Below are positions 26,001 to 38,300 of a DNA stretch of 64,000 nt, one piece after another. The notes beneath the pieces were generated by a model. The model worked only from the letters and a program-made list of their open reading frames with translations, did not search any database and was not told the origin of the DNA. Source of the stretch: Azolla caroliniana (taxonomy: Eukaryota > Plantae > Polypodiophyta); contig JBHGNT010000005.1 of the NCBI GenBank assembly GCA_043228905.1, forward strand, positions 1-64,000, read 5' to 3'. Made by a program: the position numbers and the translations under genes. Every line of letters starts with the position of its first letter. Within the stretch, counting starts at the first letter, position 1.

Positions 26001-27299
26001 TCCATTTACCAAGCTAGATTACACAAAATTGGGCCCCTTTCGCATCCAAGAGTGTATCAATCATGTGGCCTATCGGCTCGACCTTCCTCCCCATTGTGGC
26101 ATCCATGACGTTTTTCATGTATCTCTCTTGGTGGTTTACCATCCCTCTGTACTTCCCAGGCGGCAACCTACTCGACCACCGCCCATTGAGTTGGAGTCTG
26201 GCAATGAGTATGAAGTTAGAAAGGATACCCGATATCTATTATTTGGTATGCTAGAAAGGATACCCGATATCTAAAGCTACTTGGGAACCTCACCACCATT
26301 TGACGAATGTTGTCGAGGCAATTTGTGATTTCCATCTTCGTTATCCACACAAGCCTATGCCGCCTGGAAGTCGGCCATAAACAATGGGGATAATGTCACA
26401 AACATGACAAATATCATGTCAAGATCCAAACTCGTGACCTCTTGTGTTATAATCGAGTGCTATGGGTTAACCAACATGTCCAATAAATAGACATATGCAT
26501 AATTGTTCCTTATAACTTTAAGGTAGCATCATGAGCTAATTGCTCCATTGTATTATTCACACTTGGCACATGCATGCATACAATCATGCTCTAGTGTATC
26601 ACATGCATGCAACAGGCATGCATGCTGCTTAGTATAAATATTCGAGTTTACCTTGAATGAATTCAAGGTGAACAAAACCAATTAATGCTACATGCCCTTA
26701 GCTTGTGAATTGTGTCTTTGTAGCACTTTTAGGCTTGTTGATTGCATCCTTGTAGTATCCTTGTAGCTTCGAATCTTCTATCCTTAACACTTAGCTCCAT
26801 TTCTTGTTGCTAAACTGATTGTCTAAGCTTTTGCACATTACGAATTCAAATGGGTTCCAGATGGAACCAATATTCATTACTTGGGTTGCCAAGTGAGACT
26901 TCACGTTAATGCGAATGTGATAGTTGCTCCTCTACTTTTAAAGGTAAGGAGAAAATTGTTGCTCTAAGATTAGGTTGACCTATCATTGACAGGTCGTGCA
27001 CTTGTAGCTAATCAAGTTCTTCTTGCAACTATTTGGTATATTGCTTCTACTACATTGTTTGCTAGGTGATGTATTTTGAAGGTGCAATGACTTATTCGTA
27101 ATTACATTTGGGGAGGAAAAACAAGTAAGGATAAAAGGGCGAAAGTAGCTTGGGCAGTATTGATTGCTCCACAACAAAATATCGGGTTAGGGTTGGTGGC
27201 TCCAAAATCACAATGTAAGGTTGTGCTCTCAAAATTTGTGTGTAGAGCTATGTTGCCAGTGCAAGGTGTTTGGAGTCAATTGATGATGCATAGGATGTC
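23100..27299 (+). mobile_element. Degenerate L1-type LINE, 5' part (ORF1 with CCHC knuckle, ORF2 APE endonuclease and RT)
   Basis: ORF1 remnant WLHFFPW...LGL..EW..L..I..MG and knuckle CFSCKKIGHYTKDC (about 23598-23640). ORF2 begins MDYVNILSWNLQGLG and includes LCFQEHHL and NIYAPNS. RT motifs: LDFEKAYDKVNW, VRQGCPLAPFLF, FVDDT, SGAKINWHKS. The frame resumes after the gypsy insert as FKWVPDGTNIHYLG. The 5' end is approximate. Confidence 0.85.
25640..26789 (+). mobile_element. Chromoviral Ty3/gypsy 3' fragment (integrase C-terminus, chromodomain, PPT, 3' LTR about 26394-26789) inside the LINE
   Basis: Integrase motifs STTFHPQID.QT, LPLAEFAYNN, GPFRI, AYRLDLP and IHDVFHVSLL. Chromodomain-like EYEV...YLV..KGY....TWEP. 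A purine tract AATGGGGATAA precedes TGTCAC, and the LTR-like segment ends ...TTAACA. Confidence 0.8.
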
Positions 27300-28494
27300 T
27301 GTTGGGAGACAGGTCCCTCCGGATGGGAAGGGAGAAGAACAGTGCCGACGAACAAACTCGGTCGAGGCCGAAACCGGATGAGGAGTACCCGGCTACGGAG
27401 AGCCGGATGGTGCAGACCCGGTATGAACCGGATGAGGAGTACCCGGCTACGGAGAGCCGGATGGTGCAGACCCGGTATGAACCGGATTAGGAGTACTCAG
27501 CTACGGAGAGCCGGATGGTGCAGACCCGGTATGAACCGGATGAAGAGACATATTCGTAAATATGTTTCTGAGAGTCCATCGAGGCTATATTTGTAAATAG
27601 CCGAAAAGTCATATTAGTATAAATATGACTTAGGGCAAACTTTTAGTGTTGTTGTCATTTTTCTTGTTGGTGCAAGAAGAAGAGAGAGCACGTAACAGTG
27701 TACAGAGAGAGAGAGAGAGAGAAAGAGGTTGTTGCCTCTGTTGTAACCGCCGCCTATGGCGAAGATCGTGAGCACGAGGTCGTTGCCTCCGTGAACTTAC
27801 TGTTTTGTACATTCCAACATAGTGATAGTTTGCAGCCTGTGGGCTGCCGTGGTTTTTTTCCCTCTTTGGGTTTTCCACGTAAACATTCTGTGTACCTTTT
27901 CTCTCCTTTGTGTCGCGTGTTTTTTCGTTTCCTGTTTTCTGTGTATAAAAAGAATCTCGATTGTGGCCGAGCGTTGCGCACAGGGAGCGTCCAGTTCCCG
28001 TGAATTGGTATCAGAGCGAGGTTGACAAGGAAAATGGACGAATCGTTTGGCGGCATGTTCAAGCTCACCGGCTCCAACTATTCAGTGTGGAAGTCGAAGA
28101 TGAGAGACATGCTCGTGGTTAAAGATCTTTGGCTACTGGTTCAGTTCGGGGACAAGAGACCGGACAAGATCGACGCCACAATATGGGAGGTGATGCACAT
28201 GAAGACAACGGCGTACATACGGTGCTTCATCGACATGAGCCTATATAACAACTTCAATGAAGAGAGCAAGGCTCATGAGCTCTAGGAGAAGATCGGCATA
28301 ATGTTTCAAAACAAAAATGTTGTCAATCAGGTGTCGGTATTCCGGAAGCTAGTAAGACTCCGGTACCAAGATGGCTCCATCATGGCGGAGCACATGAATG
28401 CCTTCCAGGGGCTGATCCATCAGGCAACTTCATTGGAAGTACCTCTCGCCGATGAGGTACTAGCGCTACTCCTGCTCGGTTCCCTCCCGGATAG

Positions 28495-31400
28495 TGTTGG
28501 GATTTTTCGGTCCCTCCGGATGGGATGTCCGGAGATGAATGACGGCAAGCCCGGTTGCGGTTACGGAACCGGAGGATGAAGAGTACCCGGCATGAAGCAG
28601 GATGAAGAGTACCCGGCTACGGAGCCGGATGATGAAGATCCGGCTAGGGAGCCGGATGATGAAGACCCGGCTACGGAGCCGGATGATGAAGACCCGGCTA
28701 CGGAGCCGGATGATGAAGACCCCGGTTACGGAGCCGGATGATGAAGACGCCGGTTACGGAGCCGGATGATGAATGTACCCGGAGAGAGATTCGGATGCGG
28801 GGACATATTTGTGAATATGTTTGCCAAGGGCCCTTGAGGCCATATTTGTAAATAGTCCGAAAGTCATATGTGTATAAATATGACTTAGGGCAAACAGTTT
28901 TATAGAGCTTCTTATTTTTTCTGTTTTTCCACTCAAGAGTAGTGAAGAGGGAGCAGCCGTGAGAGAGAGAGAGAGAGAGATAGAGCGCGAGAGAGGAAGA
29001 GGACGACGCCTCTTTGTATTTCCGCCGCCTGTGGCGAGGACAGCGAGCTCAAGGTCGTCGCCTTGGAGCTCGCCATTGTATACTTCTCTCTGTATAGTGT
29101 TGTTTGGAGTCTTGTACTCCCGTGGTTTTTCCCATCTAGGGTTTTCCACGTTAATCCCCGTGTACTCGTGTGTTTCTCTCTTTAGTTCCTATTTACTGCT
29201 GCATTGATCCGCGATTACTCGGTTGTGGCCGAGCGGAAAAGGTGAATCGAAGCGTTGATTCCCAACAAACTGGTATCAGAGCGACTGCAGTGCAGAAAAT
29301 GGAAGGCGGCAGCAGCGGGCAGCCGGGAATGATGGTGCTGAATGCGCAGAATTACGCCGACTGGAAGATCAAGATGGAGGATCTTCTGATTGTTCGGGAC
29401 CTGTACGAACCGATTGACAGGTCGGAAATACCGAAGGGGGTACTTGAGTCGGATTGGAAGCTCCTGAACCGGAAAGCCGTAGCGACGATCCGACAATATG
29501 TCGATGTAAGCGTTCTACAACATGTGGCGAACGACACCAACGCATATGAGATGTGGAAGAAGCTGTCGGGCCTCTACGAGAGGAAGAATGCGTTGAACCG
29601 GACCTCCCTGATGAGGAAGATAGTGAACCTCAAGTACCGGGACGGCGAGAGTATGGTGGAACACGTAAGCACGTTCATGGGATTCGTGAATCAGCTTGCG
29701 GCGATCAAGTTCCCGTTGGAGGATGCAATGCAAGCCATCATCCTGATGTGTACATTGCCGGAAAGCTGGGAGAACTTGGTGGTGACTCTCAGCACCTCCT
29801 GCACAGAAGATAACTTGTCCTTGCAAACGGTAAAGACAAGTATTTTGAACGAAGAAGCGCGTCGGAGAGATAAAGAACCGGCCTCCGACCCGAAGGCACT
29901 GCTTACCGAATCGGATCGGGGAAGACAATGGAACCGGAGTCCGCAAAGACGGGAGAAGTCGGGGACCCGATCGCAGTCAAGAGGAAGGCCCACATGCTTC
30001 CACTGTGGGAAACCGGGGCACTTCCGAAAGAATTGTCGGCATTACCGAAAAGACAACGGAGCCGACGACACCGATTCGAAGAAGTCACCGGAGAGAAACG
30101 GTGCATACCGGGGAGCCACGGACCGGAGAGGTTCGGATCGGCGAGGGCAGGACCGGAAAGGAACAACGGCACTCGCGGCAAGTGAGGAAGAAATCATGCT
30201 CATCACCGAAGAAGGTGAACTAAACGTTGCCGGCGATGAGACGACCTGGGTGGTCGATTCCGGAGCATCGTTCCACCTGACCCCGGAGAGAAGATACTTC
30301 TCATCCTACACAGCCGGTGAGCATGGCTGTGTCCGGATGGGAAATGAAGGTACGTGCCGGATTGCCGGCATAGGAGACGTGTGGCTGATGACATCAACCG
30401 GATGCAAAATGCTGCTGAAGGATGTCCGACACGTTCCGGAGGTTCGACTGAACCTGATTTCGGCCGGGAGGCTAGACGATGAAGGCTACACAGGTAGCAT
30501 CCGGAACGGCGAAATGAAGTTCAGCAAGGGGAGCTTGATAGTGGCTCGGGCCCGGAAGGTCAACACACTGTACCTGATGAATTCCCGGCTATGTCCGGAG
30601 GAGCTGAACGTGGCAGCCGACACTGCCGGTGAGATGTGGCACAAGAGACTGTGCCACATGAGTGAGAAGGGGATGAAGAGGCTTGCAGAAGACAACCTTA
30701 TTCCAGTGAAGCATGTGCACCTGGAGAAGTGCACCGACTGCCTGGCCGGGAAGCAAAACCGGACCTCCTTCCACTCAAGGCCACCGACGAGACGTAGTGC
30801 ACCATTGGAGCTGTTGCACACTGACGTATGTCAAGTAGAAACGAAGTCACATGGCGGAGCCCAGTACTTCGTGACATTCATTGATGACCACAGCCGGAAG
30901 CTGTGGACGGCACCGTTGAAGACAAAGGACCAAGTGTTGGGCGTCTTCAAAGAACTCCACGCCAGAGTGGAAAGGGAATCCGGCAAGAAGCTGAAAGCGA
31001 TACGAGCGGATAACGGAGGGGAATACCGGGGGCAGTTCCAGGAGTACTGTCGCTCGAAGGGAATCCGACTCGAGTTTACTGTGCCGAAGACGCCGGAACT
31101 GAACGGGCTAGCCGAGAGGATAAACCGGACCATAATGGAGAGGGTCCGGAGTATGCTGGCGCATGCGAAATTACCCAAGGGGTTTTGGGCTGAGGCAATG
31201 TCGACGGCGACATATGTGATAAATCGATCACCCTCAGTACCTTTGGACGGAGACACGCCGCAGAGAGTGTGGACCGGTAGGGAAGTATCTTACCGGCATC
31301 TGAAGGTGTTCGGGTGTCTCGCATATGTGCATGTGGCAAAGGACCGGAGAGGAAAGCTAGATCCAAAGACCCGGCCATGCATATTCCTCGGTTACGGCGA

Positions 31401-34209
31401 CGACGAGTTCGGCTACCGAGTATGGGACCCGGTCGACAAGAAGATATTCAGGAGTCGAGATATCATCTTCATGGAGAACAAGACACTCGCCGACTGGGAG
31501 TCGGAGAAGAAGATGAAGAGCCCCAAGTCGACCGGTGAGGATCAACTCTACGAGGAGCAGTCCCGATCGGCAAGGGACCGGTTAGCACTCGAGGATCCGG
31601 CCGAAGACGGTGAAGAAACAGAACCGGCCGAAGAAGATGAAAATGATACCGGAACCGGCCCCGATCCCGAAATGGATTCGGATGAAGAAGAATCGGAAGA
31701 ACCGGTTACCGAAGCTCCGGAACGGAGATATCCTCTAAGAGAGAGAAGGGCCCCCCGGAGATTTCCGGAACCAGAGCACCTGTTGCTAACCGACGAGGGG
31801 GAGCCGGAGAGCTTTGAAGAGGCAAAGCATGACACCCAGAGCCGCAGGTGGTTGAGTGCCATGCAGGACGAGATGGATTCCCTGCATGAGAACCACACAT
31901 ATGAACTTGTGGAGCTGCCGAAAGGAAAACGGGCACTCCGTAACAAGTGGGTGTTCAAGCTGAAACCGGGAGATGCCGGAAACCCCCCGAGATACAAAGC
32001 CAGGATCGTGGTGAAGGGGTTTCAGCAGAAGAAGGGCGTCGACTTCGACGAGATATTTGCCCCGGTAGTGAAGATGACCTCCATCCGGACGGTGCTGAGC
32101 ATAGCGGCAAGCATGGACCTCGAGGTAGAACAGATGGACGTGAAGACGGCATTCCTTCACGGTGACCTCGATGAAGAGATCTACATGCAGCAACCGGAAG
32201 GATTCGAGAAGAAAGGGAAGGAGCACCTGGTATGCCGGTTGAAGAAGAGCCTTTACGGACTGAAGCAGGCTCCCCGGCAATGGTACCGGAAGTTCGACTC
32301 CTTCATGACCGACGAAGGGTATCTCAAAACGCAGTCCGACCACTGCGTGTTTGTGAAGAAGTTCGAAGGAGGAGACTTTCTAATACTCCTCCTGTACGTG
32401 GACGACATGTTGATCGTCGGACGGGACCAGGTCAAGATACGGATGCTGAAGAAGGCTCTTCACCGAACCTTCTCAATGAAGGACTTGGGTCCGGCGAGAC
32501 AAATACTAGGGATGCACATCATCCGGGACCGGAGCAAGAAGCAGTTGTGGCTGTCACAGGAGAAGTACGTGACAAAGGTGCTTAAACGGTTCAACATGTC
32601 GGAAGCAAGACCGGTCGGATCGACCCTCCCGGCAAACTGCAAGCTGTCCAGCAAGCAAAGTCCCAAGACAAAGGCTGAAAAGGAGGATATGATGAAAGTG
32701 CCGTATGCCTCAGCCGTCGGGAGCTTGATGTACGCCATGGTGTGTACGAGACCGGACATCGGATATGCAGTCGGAATGGTGAGCCGGTACATGAGCAATC
32801 CCGGCAAAGAGCATTGGAACGCGGCCAAGTGGATACTCCGATACCTGAAGGGCACGGCAAACGTGTGCCTCCGATTCGGCTCCGGTAAGCCCGAACTCGA
32901 CGGCTTCACCGATTCGGATATGTCGGCTGATGCAGATACCAGCCGGTCCACATCAGGGTATGTGATGACGTATGCAGGGGGAGCTGTTTCGTGGCAGTCG
33001 AGGCTGCAGAAGACGGTTGCGCTGTCAACCACGGAGGCGGAGTACATGGCGGCTGTTGAAGCCGGCAAGGAAATAATATGGATGAAGGACTTCATTAGAG
33101 AGCTCGGTATCCGGCAGGAGGAGTACCGACTCTACTGCGACAGTCAGAGTGCCATCCACCTTGCGAAGAATGCGGCCTATCACTCCCGGACGAAGCACAT
33201 CCAGCGTAGATACCACTGGATCCGGGAAAGGATAGAAGACAAGGAGTTCGTGCTGACGAAGATCCACACTAACGAGAACGGGTCGGATATGCTGACCAAG
33301 GTACTTACACCCGACAAGCTGGAAGCATGCCGGAAGAGGATCGGATTGGAGAGACATCCCATGCCGAAGTGAAGGGGGAGTTTGTTGGGATTTTTCGGTC
33401 CCTCCGGATGGGATGTCCGGAGATGAATGACGGCAAGCCCGGTTGCGGTTACGGAACCGGAGGATGAAGAGTACCCGGCATGAAGCAGGATGAAGAGTAC
33501 CCGGCTACGGAGCCGGATGATGAAGATCCGGCTACGGAGCCGGATGATGAAGACCCGGCTACGGAGCCGGATGATGAAGATCCGGCTACGGAGCCGGATG
33601 ATGAAGACCCGGCTACGGAGCCGGATGATGAAGACCCGGCTACGGAGCCGGATGATGAAGACCCCGGTTACGGAGCCGGATGATGAAGACCCCGGTTACG
33701 GAGCCGGATGATGAATGTACCCGGAGAGAGATTCGGATGCGGGGACATATTTGTGAATATGTTTGCCAAGGGCCCTTGAGGCCATATTTGTAAATAGTCC
33801 GAAAGTCATATGTGTATAAATATGACTTAGGGCAAACAGTTTTATAGAGCTTCTTATTTTTTCTGTTTTTCCACTCAAGAGTAGTGAAGAGGGAGCAGCC
33901 GTGAGAGAGAGAGAGAGAGAGATAGAGCGCGAGAGAGGAAGAGGACGACGCCTCTTTGTATTTCCGCCGCCTGTGGCGAGGACAGCGAGCTCAAGGTCGT
34001 CGCCTTGGAGCTCGCCATTGTATACTTCTCTCTGTATAGTGTTGTTTGGAGTCTTGTACTCCCGTGGTTTTTCCCATCTAGGGTTTTCCACGTTAATCCC
34101 CGTGTACTCGTGTGTTTCTCTCTTTAGTTCCTATTTACTGCTGCATTGATCCGCGATTACTCGGTTGTGGCCGAGCGGAAAAGGTGAATCGAAGCGTTGA
34201 TTCCCAACA
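28495..34209 (+). mobile_element. Copia element B, structurally intact and very young
   Basis: LTRs 28495-29267 and 33383-34209 (TG...CA) are near-identical apart from the number of 27-bp repeats. TSD GATAG at 28490-28494 and 34210-34214. PBS 29271-29282 and PPT 33371-33380. Confidence 0.97.
29299..33372 (+). CDS. Intact copia Gag-Pol polyprotein, 1357 aa (Gag, CCHC, protease, GAG-pre-integrase, integrase, RT, RNase H)
   Basis: Uninterrupted ORF containing CFHCGKPGHFRKNC, WVVDSGASFH, WHKRLCH..C..C, integrase motifs LHTDV / RADNGGEY / NGLAER, YVDDML, and RNase H TEAEY / CDSQSAI. Confidence 0.95.
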   Translation: MEGGSSGQPGMMVLNAQNYADWKIKMEDLLIVRDLYEPIDRSEIPKGVLESDWKLLNRKAVATIRQYVDVSVLQHVANDTNAYEMWKKLSGLYERKNALNRTSLMRKIVNLKYRDGESMVEHVSTFMGFVNQLAAIKFPLEDAMQAIILMCTLPESWENLVVTLSTSCTEDNLSLQTVKTSILNEEARRRDKEPASDPKALLTESDRGRQWNRSPQRREKSGTRSQSRGRPTCFHCGKPGHFRKNCRHYRKDNGADDTDSKKSPERNGAYRGATDRRGSDRRGQDRKGTTALAASEEEIMLITEEGELNVAGDETTWVVDSGASFHLTPERRYFSSYTAGEHGCVRMGNEGTCRIAGIGDVWLMTSTGCKMLLKDVRHVPEVRLNLISAGRLDDEGYTGSIRNGEMKFSKGSLIVARARKVNTLYLMNSRLCPEELNVAADTAGEMWHKRLCHMSEKGMKRLAEDNLIPVKHVHLEKCTDCLAGKQNRTSFHSRPPTRRSAPLELLHTDVCQVETKSHGGAQYFVTFIDDHSRKLWTAPLKTKDQVLGVFKELHARVERESGKKLKAIRADNGGEYRGQFQEYCRSKGIRLEFTVPKTPELNGLAERINRTIMERVRSMLAHAKLPKGFWAEAMSTATYVINRSPSVPLDGDTPQRVWTGREVSYRHLKVFGCLAYVHVAKDRRGKLDPKTRPCIFLGYGDDEFGYRVWDPVDKKIFRSRDIIFMENKTLADWESEKKMKSPKSTGEDQLYEEQSRSARDRLALEDPAEDGEETEPAEEDENDTGTGPDPEMDSDEEESEEPVTEAPERRYPLRERRAPRRFPEPEHLLLTDEGEPESFEEAKHDTQSRRWLSAMQDEMDSLHENHTYELVELPKGKRALRNKWVFKLKPGDAGNPPRYKARIVVKGFQQKKGVDFDEIFAPVVKMTSIRTVLSIAASMDLEVEQMDVKTAFLHGDLDEEIYMQQPEGFEKKGKEHLVCRLKKSLYGLKQAPRQWYRKFDSFMTDEGYLKTQSDHCVFVKKFEGGDFLILLLYVDDMLIVGRDQVKIRMLKKALHRTFSMKDLGPARQILGMHIIRDRSKKQLWLSQEKYVTKVLKRFNMSEARPVGSTLPANCKLSSKQSPKTKAEKEDMMKVPYASAVGSLMYAMVCTRPDIGYAVGMVSRYMSNPGKEHWNAAKWILRYLKGTANVCLRFGSGKPELDGFTDSDMSADADTSRSTSGYVMTYAGGAVSWQSRLQKTVALSTTEAEYMAAVEAGKEIIWMKDFIRELGIRQEEYRLYCDSQSAIHLAKNAAYHSRTKHIQRRYHWIRERIEDKEFVLTKIHTNENGSDMLTKVLTPDKLEACRKRIGLERHPMPK

Positions 34210-35389
34210 GATAGCTGGGAGACGTTGGTTGTCACTTTGGGCAACGCTGGGCCGGAAGGAAAGCGGTTATCCCTAGCAAGAGTAAAGTCGAGCTTGCTAG
34301 ATGAGGAGGCGCGTCGGAAAGATAAGGATACGAGCTCCGACTCCAAAGCGCTCCTTACCGAATCGGAACGCGGAAGACATAGAAACCGTCGTCCCCAGAA
34401 CCGGGAGAAGTCGGGGACACGGTCAAAGTCAAGGGGGAGGCCTACTTGCTTCTATTGCGGCAAGCCGGGTCACTTCCAAAAGAACTGTCGGCATTTCCGT
34501 AAAGACAAGGAAACCGACGGTACCGATTCGAAGCGGACCCCGGACCGAAACGGTAAAGACCGGAGGGGGCCGGACTGGAAGGGAACGACGGCAATCGCGG
34601 CAAGTGAAGAGGAGTTGATGCTCATCACCGAGGAGAGTGAGATAAACCTTGTCGGCGACGAGTTGACCTGGCTGGTAGACTCCGGAGCGTCGTTCCACCT
34701 TACCCTGGACCGAAAATGCTTCTCATCCTACTCAGTCGGTGATCACGGCTATGTCCGAATGGGGAACGAAGGTACATGCCGAATTGTCGGCATAGGAGAC
34801 GTGTGGCTGTCAACACCAACCGGATGCAAGTTGCTGCTGAAGGATGTCCAACACGTTCCGGAGGTTCGTTTGAACCTGATATCAGCCGGTCGGCTAGATG
34901 ATGAAGGCTACATGGTTGGCATCCGAAACGGTGTCATGAAGTTCAGCAAAGGGAGCATGATTGTGGCTCGGGCCCGGAAGGTCAACACACTGTACCTGAT
35001 GAATGCCCGGTTATGTCTGGAAGAAGTGAACGTGGCATCCGACACTGCCGGTGAACTGTGGCACAAGAGGCTGTGTCACATGAGCGAGAAGGGGATGAAG
35101 AGGCTTGTAGACGACAACCTCATTCCAGTGAAGAACGTGCACTTAGAGAAGTGCACGGATTGTCTGGCCGGTAAGCAGAACCGGACCTCCTTAGCGAAGT
35201 GCATGTAGCTAAGGACCGGAGAGGAAAGTTAGATCCAAAGACCCGGCCATGCATATTCCTCGGTTACAGTGACGATGAGTTCGGCAACCGAGTGTGGGAC
35301 CCGGTTGACAAGAAGGTATTCCGGAGTCGAGATATTATCTTCATGGAGGATAAGACAGTCGTCGACTTGGAGTCGGAGAAGAAGATAAT

Positions 35390-38300
35390 TGTTAGAAAAT
35401 CGACGCTTTCAAAACCTTCACCTCTCGGCCACAACCGAGGAAACCCGAGTCAATGCAGCAGTAAATCGAAAACACAGAGAAAGACTCGAATGCACCGGGT
35501 TTAGCGTGGAAAACCCTAGACGGGAAAAACCACGGGAGTACAAGACTCCAACTATCACTATACGCAGGGAATGTACAATGGCGAGCTGCAAGGCGACGAC
35601 CTTGAGCTCGCTGTCCTCGCCACAGGCGGCGGTATTACACAGAGGCGTCGACCTCTTCCTTCCTCTCTCTCTCACTCTCTCTCGGCTGCTCTCACTTCGC
35701 TCCCTCTAAGTGGAAAACAGAAAAATGAGCAACAACTACCAAACTGTTTGCCCTAAGTCATATTTATACACATATGACTTTCGGGCTATTTACAAGTATA
35801 GCCTCGAGGGCCCTTGGCAAACATATTCACAAATATGTCCCCGCATCCGGATCTCTCTCCGGGTACATTCGTCATCCGGCTCCGAAACCGGGTCTTCATC
35901 ATCCGGATCCGAAACCGGGTCTTCATCATCCGGATCCGAAACCGGGTCTTCATCATCCGGATCCGAAACCAGGTCTTCATCATCCGGTTCCGATACCAGG
36001 TACTCCTCATTCGGGTCTTCATTCCCGATTCCCGGACATCTGACCATCCCATCCGGAGGGACTGTAATCCCAACAAACTCCCCCGTCACTTCGGCATGGG
36101 ATGTCTTTCCAGTCCGACCCTCTTCCGGCACGCTTCCAGTTTGTCGGGTGTGAGTACTTTGGTCAGCATATCTGACCCGTTCTCGTCCGTGTGGATCTTC
36201 GTCAGCACGAACTCCTGGTCTCCTATCCTTTCCCGGATCCAGTGATATCTTCGCTGTATGTGCTTCGTCCGGGAGTGATAGGCCGCATTCTTCGCAAGGT
36301 GGATGGCACTCTGACTGTCACAGTAGAGTCGGTACTCCTCCTGCCGGATACCGAGCTCTCTAATGAAGTCCTTCATCCATATTATTTCCTTGCCGGCTTC
36401 AACAGCCGCCATGTACTCCGCCTCCGTGGTTGACAACGCAACCGTCTTCTGTAGCCTCGATTGCCACGAAACAGCTCCCCCTGCATACGTCATCACATAC
36501 CCTGATGTGGACCGGCTGGTATCTGCATCAGCCGACATATCCGAATCGGTAAAGCCGTCGAGTTCGGGCTTACCGGAGCCGAATCGGAGGCACACGTTTG
36601 CCGTGCCCTTCAGGTATCGGAGTATCCACTTGGCCGCGTTCCAGTGCTCTTTGCCGGGATTGCTCATGTACCGGCTCACCACTCCGACTGCATATCCTAT
36701 GTCCGGTCTTGTACACACCATTGCGTACATCAAGCTTCCGACGGCAGAGGCATATGGTACTTTCATCATGTCCTCCTTCTCAGCCTTTGTCTTGGGGCTT
36801 TGCTTGCTGGACAACTTGCAGTTTGCCGGGAGGGTTGACCCGACCGGTCTTGCTTCCGACATGTTGAACCGGTGAAGCACCTTTGTCATGTACTTCTCCT
36901 GTGATAGCCACAACTGCTTCTTCTTCCGGTCCCGGATGATGTGCATCCCTAGTATTTGCCTCGCCGGACCCAGGTCCTTCATTGAGAAGGTTCGGTGAAG
37001 CGCTTTCTTCAGCATCCGTATCTTGGCCTGGTCCCGTCCGACGATCAACATGTCGTCCACGTACAGGAGGAGTATTAGAAAGTCTCCTCCTTCGAACTTC
37101 TTCACAAACACGCAATGATCGGACTGCGTTTTGTGGTACCCTTCGTCGGTCATGAAAGAGTCGAACTTCCGGTACCATTGCCGGGGAGCCTGCTTCAGTC
37201 CGTAAAGGCTCTTCTTCAACCGGCATACCAGGTGCTCCTTCCCTTTCTTCTCGAATCCTTCCGGTTGCTGCATGTAGATCTCTTCTTCGAGGTCACCGTG
37301 AAGGAATGTCGTCTTCACGTCCATCTGTTCTACCTCGAGGTCCATGCTTGCCGCTATGCTCAGCACCGTCCGGATGGAGGTCATCTTCACTACCGGGGCA
37401 AATATCTCGTCGAAGTTGACGCCCTTCTTCTGCTGGAACCCCTTCACCACGATCCTGGCTTTGTATCTCGGGGGGTTTCCGGCATCTCCCGGTTTCAGCT
37501 TGAACACCCACTTGTTTCGAAGTGCTCGCTTTCCTTTCGGCAACTCCACAAGTTCATATGTGTGGTTCTCATGCAGGGAATCCATCTCCTCCTGCATGGC
37601 ACTCAACCACCTGCGGCTATGGGTGTCAAGCTTTGCTTCTTCAAAACTCTCCGGCTCCCCCTCGTCGGTTAGCAGCACGGGCTCTAGTTCCGGAAATCTC
37701 CGGGGGGCCCTTCTCTCTCTTAGAGGATATCTCCGTTCCGGAGCTTCGGTAACCGGCTCCTCCGTTTCCTCTTCATCCGAATCCATTTCGGGATCGGGGC
37801 CGGTTCCGGTATCAGTTTCATCTTCCTCGGCCGGTTCTGTTTCTTCACCGTCTTCGGCCGGATCCTCGAGTGCTAACCGGTCCCTTGCCGGTCGGGACTG
37901 CTCCTCGTAGAGTTGATCCTCACCGGTCGACTTGGAGCTCTTCATCTTCTTCTCCGACTCCCAGTCGGCAAGTGTCTTGTCCTCCATGAAGATGATATCA
38001 CGACTCCGAAATATCTTTTTGTCGACCGGGTCCCATACTCGGTAGCCGAACTCGTCATCGCCGTAACCGAGGAATATGCATGGCCGGGTCTTTGGATCTA
38101 GCTTTCCTCTCCGGTCCTTTGCCACATGCACATATGCGAGACACCCGAACACCTTCAGATGCCGGTAAGATACTTCCCTACCGGTCCACACTCTCTGCGG
38201 CGTGTCTCCGTCCAAAGGTACTGAGGGTGATCTGTTTATCACGTATGTCGCCGTCGACATTGCCTCAGCCCAAAACCCCTTGGGTAATTTCGCATGCGCC

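Noticed and set aside
28610-28775. CRISPR-like regularly spaced repeats
   Set aside because: The units are head-to-tail with no unique spacers, lie inside LTRs, have no cas genes nearby and are in a eukaryotic context.
33480-33711. Repetitive ORFs (PDDEDPATE)n and similar ORFs in the other LTRs
   Set aside because: They are translations of the 27/54-bp LTR repeats and are open in several frames, so they are not evidence of proteins.
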